Made by a program: the position numbers and the translations under genes. Of a stretch of 64,000 nucleotides of DNA, positions 46,064 to 54,530 are shown in pieces (the first letter of the stretch is position 1; every line of letters starts with the position of its first letter). Source of the stretch: a virus (taxonomy: Duplodnaviria; Caudoviricetes). The stretch is from positions 96,001 to 160,000 of IMG/VR virus record IMGVR_UViG_3300042997_002652. One strand, 5' to 3'. The notes below the pieces were generated by a model. The model had not been told where the DNA came from and did no database searches. It worked only from the letters and a program-made list of their open reading frames with translations.

Positions 46064-46773
46064 TGTTAAAAGATAAACTAACCATAGTAATACCTTGCAA
46101 AAATGAAGAAAAATATATAGCTCACCTGCTAAATTCATTACATGAGCAAATAGGTATTCATGATGTTAGAATAATTATAGCTGACATATCAACTGATAAT
46201 ACTAGACAAGTTATAGAAGAAAACAAAAAGGACTTAGATGTAGTAGTTATAGAGGGAGGTCCCGTGTCCAAAGCCAAAAACAATGGAGCCGATCTTGTAA
46301 CTACTCCCTATATCTTATTCATAGATAGTGATGTTAGGTTTTTTAATAATTTGGTTATTAGCGACACGATAGCACTATTAGAAAAAGAAAACTTAGATTT
46401 GATTGGGTTAAATATAAAGTGCTATGATAATGATCACGTTGCTAAGGTTAGTTTTAGCATTTTTAATATTGTTAATAAAATAATGTCTAACTTTATACCT
46501 TTTGCAGTTGGTGCGTATATGTTAACTCGTACTGAAAAGTTCTATGAGTTGGGAGGCTTTCCTGAAAAGTATCCTACATCAGAAGATTTTCATTTATCTA
46601 AAAAATATGATGTTAAAAAGTTTAAGATAGCCAATCATTATTTTGGTCAAGATAGTAGAAGATTTAAAAAGATGGGATACTTTGGTATGACTTGGTATTT
46701 GATAAAAAACTTTATTAACAGAAATAATGAATCTTATTGGAAGAACTTAGATGGAAACAAATACTGGTTATAA
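46063..46773 (+). CDS. Glycosyltransferase family 2
   Basis: IVIPCKNEE, IADISTDNT, NNGA, FIDSDV (DxD) and SEDF motifs. Confidence 0.9.
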   Translation: MLKDKLTIVIPCKNEEKYIAHLLNSLHEQIGIHDVRIIIADISTDNTRQVIEENKKDLDVVVIEGGPVSKAKNNGADLVTTPYILFIDSDVRFFNNLVISDTIALLEKENLDLIGLNIKCYDNDHVAKVSFSIFNIVNKIMSNFIPFAVGAYMLTRTEKFYELGGFPEKYPTSEDFHLSKKYDVKKFKIANHYFGQDSRRFKKMGYFGMTWYLIKNFINRNNESYWKNLDGNKYWL

Positions 46774-47488
46774 ATCAGTTTTTATATCAGACTTACACCT
46801 GGGTTCTAAACACTGCAACTCTGAAAAGCTTTTGTCTTTTTTATCAAATCTACAAACAGAAAAATTGTACTTAGTAGGAGATATAATAGACGGTTGGAGA
46901 TTGCAGAAAAAGTGGTATTGGCCTAACAAACATAATATAATACTAAAAAAACTTATCAAGTTATCTAAGACAACCGAAATTATATACATTACCGGTAATC
47001 ATGACGAGTTTCTTAGATCAATACCTGATGTTAAAATAGGTAATGTACCAGTATATAACAGAATAGACCACATAGGTACTGATGGTAAACGATACTTAGT
47101 TACTCATGGTGATATATTTGATCATTTAATGAGAACGCGCAGCGGCAGATTTGTCATGCATTTGGGTGATATAGCATACGATGGTTTAATATATCTTAAC
47201 CGATTGGTAAATGGTGTGAGAAAAATATTTAACAGACCGCCGTGGAGTTTAGCTAAATTTTTAAAAAAGAAAGCAAAAGCGGCTGCTACATACATAGGTG
47301 ACTTTGAACAAGAAATGTCAACGTATTGTAAAAAGAAAGGATACGATGGTGTAATCTGCGGTCACATTCATCATGCGACTATCAAGAATTTTGACGGAGT
47401 AGTTTACATGAATGATGGAGACTGGTGTGAAAGTTGCACTGCTTTAGTTGAAACTAAAGCAGGCACATTTACAATCATCCAATACTGA
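46751..47488 (+). CDS. plcP: PlcP-like phospholipase C (LpxH-like metallophosphoesterase subfamily)
   Basis: FISDLHLGS, LYLVGDIIDGWRL..KWYWP, GNHDE, VTHGDIFD, DGVICGHIHH and YMNDGDWCESCTALVE match my recollection of the PlcP subfamily along the whole length. Confidence 0.75.
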   Translation: METNTGYKSVFISDLHLGSKHCNSEKLLSFLSNLQTEKLYLVGDIIDGWRLQKKWYWPNKHNIILKKLIKLSKTTEIIYITGNHDEFLRSIPDVKIGNVPVYNRIDHIGTDGKRYLVTHGDIFDHLMRTRSGRFVMHLGDIAYDGLIYLNRLVNGVRKIFNRPPWSLAKFLKKKAKAAATYIGDFEQEMSTYCKKKGYDGVICGHIHHATIKNFDGVVYMNDGDWCESCTALVETKAGTFTIIQY

Positions 47489-47933
47489 TATCTTCCATAC
47501 CAGCCGTTCTTAGTTTTACGATGTGACCCATTTGCCATTGTTTGGCTTCTAAGCCCTTAAGTATACCTAAAAACTTATTTCTCAATAAAGCTACTTCGTT
47601 TATTATTAATTCGTACTCAATTACTTCATCTTCACCATCGGTATACTTTTCTGCATCTCGTGAAGTTAATGCACGATTGTAAGCTTCTAAGTATTTTTGA
47701 AAATGTTTCCTACGTATTTTTCGTAGTTGAATATTAAGGTAATTAAGTACTGCTTCAACTTCTTGTAAATGATTAAAACGTAACTCAGTTATGCCGGGTA
47801 ATGCGGCAATGTTCTTTTCAACATTGCCGTAGATCGTTACTTCTTTCTTTGCCTGTGCTAACTGATTTTCATAATATGAAATAAAATCAGGTAGTTGAGA
47901 AAGATCATTAGTTACACGATTATACCAAGTCAT
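47475..47933 (-). CDS. uvsY: Recombination mediator (T4 UvsY-like)
   Basis: Helical 152 aa ending VKLRTAGMED, with LTSRDAEKY. Next to uvsX. Confidence 0.8.
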   Translation of the reverse strand: MTWYNRVTNDLSQLPDFISYYENQLAQAKKEVTIYGNVEKNIAALPGITELRFNHLQEVEAVLNYLNIQLRKIRRKHFQKYLEAYNRALTSRDAEKYTDGEDEVIEYELIINEVALLRNKFLGILKGLEAKQWQMGHIVKLRTAGMEDISIG

Positions 47934-48205
47934 TAATAGTTGTCTTCATCCTCATCATCGTTGTCGTCATAATCATCGTAGCCATACTCGTCTTCTTCTA
48001 CTTCCAAGTCAAGATCGTCTACTTCATATAGACCAAGAGCATTAACAATGTTTCCATCTTTTTTAAATGCTTTTTTCAAGTCTTTAGGATCAAAATCATT
48101 GTCAATCAAAACATTTACAAATGTTTCGGCTGCTTCAGGTCTATCAGAAGTTGCAAACAATGGCTTCATTGCTGCCCAAATTTCAGTAACAATATCTAAA
48201 TTCAT
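47933..48205 (-). CDS. Hypothetical protein with acidic tail
   Basis: 90 aa, between uvsX and uvsY. Confidence 0.6.
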   Translation of the reverse strand: MNLDIVTEIWAAMKPLFATSDRPEAAETFVNVLIDNDFDPKDLKKAFKKDGNIVNALGLYEVDDLDLEVEEDEYGYDDYDDNDDEDEDNY

Positions 48206-48228
48206 AATGGCTCCTTTAAAAGTTATAT

Positions 48229-49296
48229 TTATTGTTCTTCTTGTATTTCAATAACTTCTTCTGGGTCAGTTTTTTCAGCACGAGTTAAAAACTCACTCAT
48301 AACGATATCTAAACATCCATCGTCATTTCGTTCCCAACCTTTGCGAAACTTTTTGATGATAGTACCATCATTAGACTTATATACTAACGAGTTACCTTCT
48401 TTAGTTACCATAGCTTTTGCTTCAATCATGTCAAGAAGACCGCTATAAGGGTTCATACCTGTTTCGTATGGGATTTTAATCTGCACACTTTCAAACGGCT
48501 TAGCATAACGAGTTTTCATGATCTTACATGCTGATCTGATACCTCTTACTTCAGTGATCTTGTTACCGTCTTCGTCTTCTTTTAGTTTTAGCTTTTTCAT
48601 AGCTACTACTATAGAAGATGCATATACGAATCCTTGACCACCTGAAATTTTATCATCTGGATCAAACATGTCTTGCGATTGGTAAGTATGGTTAGTTGCT
48701 ACTAATCCAACGTTTTGTGAACCAAACATGTTAACACAGTTACGAACAAGTGAAGTTAGTGCTTTGGGCTTGCGACCCATGTCACCTTTCATGTCACCGG
48801 ATTCAAACTGATTTACGTCAGTTGGAGTCATCAACATACCAAGTGAGTCAATAATAAAAAGCACTTTGGGCTTGTCGTCTGGTGCAAGTGTTTTGTATGA
48901 CTTCATGAATTCTGAAATAGTTTTAGCTACGTCATCAATCATGGCCATATTAAGTTTCAACAGCTTTTGTTCACTGGTGTCTACTCCAAGTGCATGAAGC
49001 CAAGATTCGTCAAGTGCGTTTTCACTATCAATTAGCACAACGTAAATTCCCTGTTCTTGTGCATGACGAATTAAGTTACCAGAGCAGATATAAGATTTAC
49101 CTGAACCTGATTCACCTGCAAATACTGTAACTTTACCTAGCGGAACACCTTTATTAAAGTCGCTAGATATCAGATAGTTTAAGGCATAGTTTCCGGTGCT
49201 GACCCAATCAGTAGGGTCATTGAAACCAATGCTTAAACCATCAATAGATTTTGTAATGTCTTTTCTAAACTTAGAAAGATCAAACGGTTTTGTCAT
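48229..49296 (-). CDS. uvsX: RecA-like recombinase (T4 UvsX-like)
   Basis: FAGESGSGKS, IDSENALD, IIDSLG, TNHTY and SGGQG motifs. Confidence 0.93.
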   Translation of the reverse strand: MTKPFDLSKFRKDITKSIDGLSIGFNDPTDWVSTGNYALNYLISSDFNKGVPLGKVTVFAGESGSGKSYICSGNLIRHAQEQGIYVVLIDSENALDESWLHALGVDTSEQKLLKLNMAMIDDVAKTISEFMKSYKTLAPDDKPKVLFIIDSLGMLMTPTDVNQFESGDMKGDMGRKPKALTSLVRNCVNMFGSQNVGLVATNHTYQSQDMFDPDDKISGGQGFVYASSIVVAMKKLKLKEDEDGNKITEVRGIRSACKIMKTRYAKPFESVQIKIPYETGMNPYSGLLDMIEAKAMVTKEGNSLVYKSNDGTIIKKFRKGWERNDDGCLDIVMSEFLTRAEKTDPEEVIEIQEEQ

Positions 49297-49297
49297 A

Positions 49298-49510
49298 TTA
49301 CTTTACTCCCTTAGGATGTTCCTTAGGAGCGACTTCAATATCCGAACGACCGATAGCTTTAAGCCATGTATTCAGTCTATGAATTATTGTGCTATCGTCT
49401 TTGGGATTATCAAAGCTAATACTGCAATCCATAACAGTATCACCGCTGTCTGCTTCGCGGCTATTATAATTTAGTGAAAAATTTTCATTAATTTTTGTAA
49501 TCTTACCCAT
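49298..49510 (-). CDS. Hypothetical protein
   Basis: 70-aa ORF in an operon. Confidence 0.55.
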   Translation of the reverse strand: MGKITKINENFSLNYNSREADSGDTVMDCSISFDNPKDDSTIIHRLNTWLKAIGRSDIEVAPKEHPKGVK

Positions 49511-49519
49511 ATATTCCTC

Positions 49520-49747
49520 TTATTTTAATACTCTTATTTTAGCAGTCTTTGAACTATTATCAAGATATTCAGGACAAGCTTCTGCGATATAATTTAACTC
49601 TGAATCAAGAGGAAAATGTTTTAGTAAACTTCTAGCACGATCTCTAACCGCACTAGGTACTCTTGGAGTTTTACCAGGGTCGCATAACTCTTCTATAAAT
49701 TTTCTAGACTGCTTTAATGCGTGATATCTTTGATCAGGCATGGTCAT
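49520..49747 (-). CDS. Conserved phage hypothetical protein
   Basis: MTMPDQRYHAL...TPRVPSAVRDRARSLLKHFP motif. Confidence 0.65.
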   Translation of the reverse strand: MTMPDQRYHALKQSRKFIEELCDPGKTPRVPSAVRDRARSLLKHFPLDSELNYIAEACPEYLDNSSKTAKIRVLK

Positions 49748-49759
49748 AATTATTCTCCT

Positions 49760-49788
49760 AAAAAGAAGAGGGGATTTCTCCCCTCTTT
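49760..49788 (-). terminator. Intrinsic terminator after gp32
   Basis: Minus strand AAGAGGGGA-GAAA-TCCCCTCTT followed by a T-rich tail. Confidence 0.85.
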
Positions 49789-49796
49789 ATAGGGTA

Positions 49797-50771
49797 TTAA
49801 GCCTGATTCTGACGAGCGCGAATTTTAGCTAGAATATCCTGTGCCTTGTCACTTGACATTGCAGTAGTAGGAACTACTACAGGTTCGTCAGGTTCAAACG
49901 GAAGATCATCATTTGTGCTTGCTGATGCTGAAGTGTTAGTTGCAGCAGGTGCAGCAGGTGTACTAGAAGAACTTGCAGGAGCTTCTAATCCATAAGGTCT
50001 GAAGTATGTACCCCACTTTTCGTTATCAAAGGGAAGACCATCTACTGATGCTTCAAACATTTCTTTCATGATAGCCACTTCTGCTTGTGTAGGCTTCTTT
50101 GGAAGAAACTCTGACAAGTTAAACAAGCCGTGTGCATCAATAGCTGCTTGCTCTGCTTCAGTAAGAGCAGTTTCTTTACGTGCCCAGTTAGAAGTAGAGT
50201 AGTCTGCGTAACCACCTTTGCTAGTCTTGCGAATAACAAAGTCTAAACCGCGAGTAGCGTGTGTTGGCAGTTCTTCCATTTCAGGATCCATCAAACCAGT
50301 TTTGATGATAGGGATCAATTGTGGAGAAATAATAAATCTACGAATAGGATTTGCGGGAGTAGTATCATCACCCATTGGATTTTGACGAACAAAACCTTGA
50401 AAAAGATAAGAACGCTTTTTCCAGTACTTGTTTGCCATTTCTTTTAATGATTCGTCTTTATACCAAGGACGAACTTCTGCTAGAATAGGGCAAGATTCAC
50501 CATACATTTCCATACATGGAATAGTTACTGTAACTTGTTTTGCGTTAGAGTCACCTTTTACACCATTGAATGGAAGTTTGATAACTTGTTTTTCTATCCA
50601 AAAGAATTCATTTTTTGAATCACCATCAGGTAAAAATCTGATAGTAGCTGTTGTACCTTCAGTAATATTCCAATGAGGATAAATTGAATTGTCAGATGGG
50701 CCGGATGATTTGTTGTTTGATTTGTTTTCTTGTGCTGCGATACGAGCACGAATGTCTGCTAACGATGCCAT
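49797..50771 (-). CDS. gp32: Single-stranded DNA-binding protein (T4 gp32-like)
   Basis: TIRFLPDGD, CMEMYGESCPI, KTSKGGYADYSTS motifs and acidic tail. Confidence 0.9.
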   Translation of the reverse strand: MASLADIRARIAAQENKSNNKSSGPSDNSIYPHWNITEGTTATIRFLPDGDSKNEFFWIEKQVIKLPFNGVKGDSNAKQVTVTIPCMEMYGESCPILAEVRPWYKDESLKEMANKYWKKRSYLFQGFVRQNPMGDDTTPANPIRRFIISPQLIPIIKTGLMDPEMEELPTHATRGLDFVIRKTSKGGYADYSTSNWARKETALTEAEQAAIDAHGLFNLSEFLPKKPTQAEVAIMKEMFEASVDGLPFDNEKWGTYFRPYGLEAPASSSSTPAAPAATNTSASASTNDDLPFEPDEPVVVPTTAMSSDKAQDILAKIRARQNQA

Positions 50772-50853
50772 GAGTTGGTCTCCTTTAAGTGCCTAAGATG
50801 GTCTTTGGGTCTTTCAATATTCGTTAGATACCTTTATCTAACTAACATAAACA

Positions 50854-50892
50854 ATAATACTACTTGTCGGTGAATATGTCAATAGTATTTAT
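50854..50892 (-). promoter_or_regulatory. Tandem late (ATAAATA) and early (TTGACA-17-TATTAT) promoters of gp32
   Basis: Late motif at 50886-50892, -35 at 50877-50882, -10 at 50854-50859. Confidence 0.75.
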
Positions 50893-50905
50893 ACCCAGTA
50901 AAAGG

Positions 50906-50929
50906 AAACCGCACAATAAAGTGCGGTTT
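50906..50929. terminator. Intrinsic terminator after 50951..52921
   Basis: AAACCGCAC-AATAAA-GTGCGGTTT. Confidence 0.8.
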
Positions 50930-50950
50930 TTGAACAACTAGTTTACCCTT

Positions 50951-52921
50951 TTACTTGATCAATCGTTTTATCATGTCTAGATCGTCTTGACCTTCATTCA
51001 TACTAGAACTACTTGCTAGTATTTGTTCCATTTCTCTTATCCAGCCACTTACATCACTTGAACCGATTTCGTCTAATTCTTCTCCGGCAAAACGTGAACT
51101 AATTTCGTCTATAGCATCGTTAATAGCTCCTATTCCATATTTGTTAAGTAAATCAGTTCTAACGCGAGTTACTCTGGTATACAGTGCGTTTGCTACAGAA
51201 TCTTGAGCATTTTCGTTGATGGATTCGGACATTGGATAGGGATCATACTCGTCGGCTAGACGATCAACCACTATGTTTAGAATCTTTTCAAAGTCATCGT
51301 CGGAGTGTAGGGGGTGGTCAGTAGTAACGTCATCATACATCTGTTGTAATATGTCGGCGACGTTTTGTTGTGGTTTTGTTTTGGGATGGTTCATAACTTG
51401 GTATGCGTCTATGTTACCATTTACGATATCCATGATAACTGATTCTTCAGTAGAATCGTGTGCTACTGCTTCATTTGCACCAACCAATTTACCAACAGCA
51501 CCCGCTTTACCTACTTTTTCAGTTGGTCCAAGTTGGCCTACACGCTTTTGATCAGCATCTAAGTCTTCTTCAACTTCGTCATTCCCAGATAGTGCTCCTG
51601 CTATTCCCTGACCTACAACAGACCCAACTGTCTGACCAACCCTGCCAGCGCCTGCTAATGCACGACCGGCAATGGCTCCAACTACAGGGGCGATTTCTGA
51701 AATTTCTTCACCTTCGCCAATATCAGAAGTAATCTTTTTTAGATTTTCTGGATTGCGATAGTTGGGCTGCGGTTCTCCCTTTTCATTTGCCAACTTAACT
51801 TTACCACTAGAATGGACATATGTTACGTGCATTGGTTTACCTGTGTAATCACATATTACATCATCGCCTACTTTCAGTTTTGACGAGGATTGCTGTTCAG
51901 TTTCAATTATAGTTGAAATACTTTCTGCCCATTCTTCTAATTCTTTAACTTCTTTCACTGGAGTTTCTCTTATTTTAGTATGTAGTCTTGATAAGATTGG
52001 CATTACACTTTCAATTCTTGGGTCTACGGTTTCTTGAACAAACAGTTCATTAATCTGTGTACCATCTGTATCATCTTCCATCAATGCAGGAGTCCACGAT
52101 TCAAAGTACATATTGTACCCTCTATGACCGCGTAACTTACCTAGTGTTTCACGCAATGATTGATAATGATTAATGCCTTCATTTACTAATGATTGTGCAG
52201 ATTCATTAAACTGTTTGTTTTTAGTTGCGCGAACAAAGCCAGCCATTTTGCTGTATTCTTCGCACAGTGCTTTAACGTGATTCCAACGTTCATCATTTGG
52301 TACACCGCCTTCAGCAATATGTCTAGCATATATTTGTGCTATACCCGGGCGAGTAGTTGGTGCTAAAAATCTTTCACCTTCTTGGTTTTCTAAAAAGATT
52401 TTAGCAATGTTTCTATAACGCTGCTCCCCTTCTTCTATCTTACGATTGTGTTGTAAGATAATCTTAACAGCAGGTATGTTGTCGTTATAACTTGCTTTGT
52501 TACCCATTGAATGGTAACCTTCATTCATCTTTTCTTTCTTTTTAACATAATCTCGTTGTGCCATATCGTCACCTAATTCGTCTTTGTTTCTTAATTCAAA
52601 TGAAAGTTGTTTGTTCATGGACCATTGCTTTAAATGTCTTTTTAATCCAGACCAAGAATCGTCATAATCTAATCCAGGACTTTTACCAGATGGGCTTTCT
52701 TCTTGTTCGTTGTCATAATATAAAATTACTTTTTGTGCATCATCTATAGTAACCCAAGCATCACCATAATCTTTACCATCTTTTGTAAAAGTAAAGTTAA
52801 ATACTTCTGCTGCCTGAGGCTGAGTGCGTTGGTTTTTAGCGTCTTTTGGAACTGGTTTATAACCTCTAGTTCTTAAAAGTTTATAAAGGTCTGTATTAAA
52901 AGATTCTTGGTCAATGGCCAT
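50951..52921 (-). CDS. Large late protein, probable prohead core/internal protein
   Basis: Late motif at 52946-52951, many xxE sites (MNE, INE, IGE, ISE), acidic mosaic C-half, next to the terminase. Confidence 0.5.
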   Translation of the reverse strand: MAIDQESFNTDLYKLLRTRGYKPVPKDAKNQRTQPQAAEVFNFTFTKDGKDYGDAWVTIDDAQKVILYYDNEQEESPSGKSPGLDYDDSWSGLKRHLKQWSMNKQLSFELRNKDELGDDMAQRDYVKKKEKMNEGYHSMGNKASYNDNIPAVKIILQHNRKIEEGEQRYRNIAKIFLENQEGERFLAPTTRPGIAQIYARHIAEGGVPNDERWNHVKALCEEYSKMAGFVRATKNKQFNESAQSLVNEGINHYQSLRETLGKLRGHRGYNMYFESWTPALMEDDTDGTQINELFVQETVDPRIESVMPILSRLHTKIRETPVKEVKELEEWAESISTIIETEQQSSSKLKVGDDVICDYTGKPMHVTYVHSSGKVKLANEKGEPQPNYRNPENLKKITSDIGEGEEISEIAPVVGAIAGRALAGAGRVGQTVGSVVGQGIAGALSGNDEVEEDLDADQKRVGQLGPTEKVGKAGAVGKLVGANEAVAHDSTEESVIMDIVNGNIDAYQVMNHPKTKPQQNVADILQQMYDDVTTDHPLHSDDDFEKILNIVVDRLADEYDPYPMSESINENAQDSVANALYTRVTRVRTDLLNKYGIGAINDAIDEISSRFAGEELDEIGSSDVSGWIREMEQILASSSSMNEGQDDLDMIKRLIK

Positions 52922-52957
52922 TTTATTGTTCCTAAACTAATAGAGTATTTATCTTTA

Positions 52958-54508
52958 TTAACTGATAACAGCAAAGAAAGGTAATGGCGCAATGTCGCTG
53001 TCGTGATCACGCATTTGAGATTCTAAATCATAATGATAATCGCTTAGTTGCTGTAATATTCTAACTACTAAAAGTGTAGACATTACTAAGTCATCATTAT
53101 CACCTACTTTAGCGGCATAACTACCACCGTGAGCAATAAACGCTTTTAGTTCTGATATCAAACTACGACTGTTTATCTTCATCTTTTTACTTTCTACTAA
53201 TGTTTTAAACTTTGCGCAAGCGGCTAATTTTGATTTATTAGTAGTGTTAAATCCTTTGCGTTTCTTTCCCGGTTCACTCATAAATATGCCCGGAATATTT
53301 GCTTCACCATATTCATTTAATGATACTAACGCTGCTTCACCGATAGAATTATTTTCTAATGAGTAATAGATATTGTTAGGTTCGTTTGTTTTGTCAACGA
53401 TATATTTGTTTATTTGTGCTAACAGTTTTATTTGGCTAGGAATATCTGTTTTATTATGTTTCCATTCGCCTATTTGTTTAGTAGTATTTGCTTCAAATAT
53501 TTGTATAGCAGCTGGATCACTACCAGTACCCAGCGACGGATCCAATCCGACTGCGTAAATATTTCCTTTTTTTGGCTCTTCATACCATCTAACTTGTCCC
53601 ATTCTGTTAATAGGTTCTATACCAGATAGTTCTATCAATGTGCTGGGATTTATTAATGTTTCGTCTGCGATTAAAAATTCAAGTCCCATTTCTCTGCGAA
53701 ATCTGTCATCGCCCAACTGCGCTCGCATTTTATCAGCCCAAATCTGATCACGTTCTGGGTGTCTGCGCCAATCTGCTTTAAATGCTTTAAATCCGTTTAC
53801 ACCTACATCAGTTGCGTTTCCGTATGCGTCTTCACACTTGTTAGCACCTTTCCAAATGAGTGCAAACTGATCTTCATCAGAGTTAGGTGTAGACGTAATA
53901 ATTGCTTTACCACCAGTTGCTAGTGTTGGTGTAATAGAAGTCCAGAATAATTCAGCGATTGATGGTCTTACGAAGGCAAACTCGTCAAGATATAAAAGTG
54001 TGATAGACATACCACGACCTGTGTTTTCGGTAGTAGTTGCTGAAACAATTCTTGATCCGTTTTCAAAGTCAAGTGAACCTTTGTTATAAGTGGTGACACC
54101 TGCTTTAATATGCATGGGACAGTTTTCATACGCATATCTAATACGCTGCATGATTTCTTGAGCGCCTGCATATTTGTGTGCTGCAATCAAAATAGTAGAG
54201 TCTGGTATAAACATTGCATACCATAACAAGTATCCAGCTGCGGTAGTTGTTTTACCTAACTGTCTAGATAAAAGATTCACAGAGAATCTAAAGTCGTGAT
54301 AGTTTTTTGCTAGTTCTACTTGATAATCCCATGGCTGATACAACATGCTACCTTTAGTAGGATGTTGAATATAAAAGAAATGACTCATGAAATATGCGTA
54401 GCCTGTTTGCGGATCGCAACAAGCTATAAAGTCATCAAGTTCTTGCTGAGTAGCAAAGTGAGTTTTTACATATGGATCTTTAACAAAAGTTTGCTGATTT
54501 TTAGACAT
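52958..54508 (-). CDS. gp17: Terminase large subunit (T4 gp17-like)
   Basis: SRQLGKT, LYLDEFAF, IITSTPN, GLDPSLG and NDDLVM motifs. Confidence 0.95.
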   Translation of the reverse strand: MSKNQQTFVKDPYVKTHFATQQELDDFIACCDPQTGYAYFMSHFFYIQHPTKGSMLYQPWDYQVELAKNYHDFRFSVNLLSRQLGKTTTAAGYLLWYAMFIPDSTILIAAHKYAGAQEIMQRIRYAYENCPMHIKAGVTTYNKGSLDFENGSRIVSATTTENTGRGMSITLLYLDEFAFVRPSIAELFWTSITPTLATGGKAIITSTPNSDEDQFALIWKGANKCEDAYGNATDVGVNGFKAFKADWRRHPERDQIWADKMRAQLGDDRFRREMGLEFLIADETLINPSTLIELSGIEPINRMGQVRWYEEPKKGNIYAVGLDPSLGTGSDPAAIQIFEANTTKQIGEWKHNKTDIPSQIKLLAQINKYIVDKTNEPNNIYYSLENNSIGEAALVSLNEYGEANIPGIFMSEPGKKRKGFNTTNKSKLAACAKFKTLVESKKMKINSRSLISELKAFIAHGGSYAAKVGDNDDLVMSTLLVVRILQQLSDYHYDLESQMRDHDSDIAPLPFFAVIS

Positions 54509-54530
54509 ATAGTATTTATGTACTCACAAT

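Noticed and set aside
42494-47488. Host-chromosome contamination of the assembly
   Set aside because: The genes have phage-like AT content, carry the phage TAAATA motif and an RBS-sequestering hairpin, and overlap uvsY seamlessly. Read-level confirmation is still advisable.
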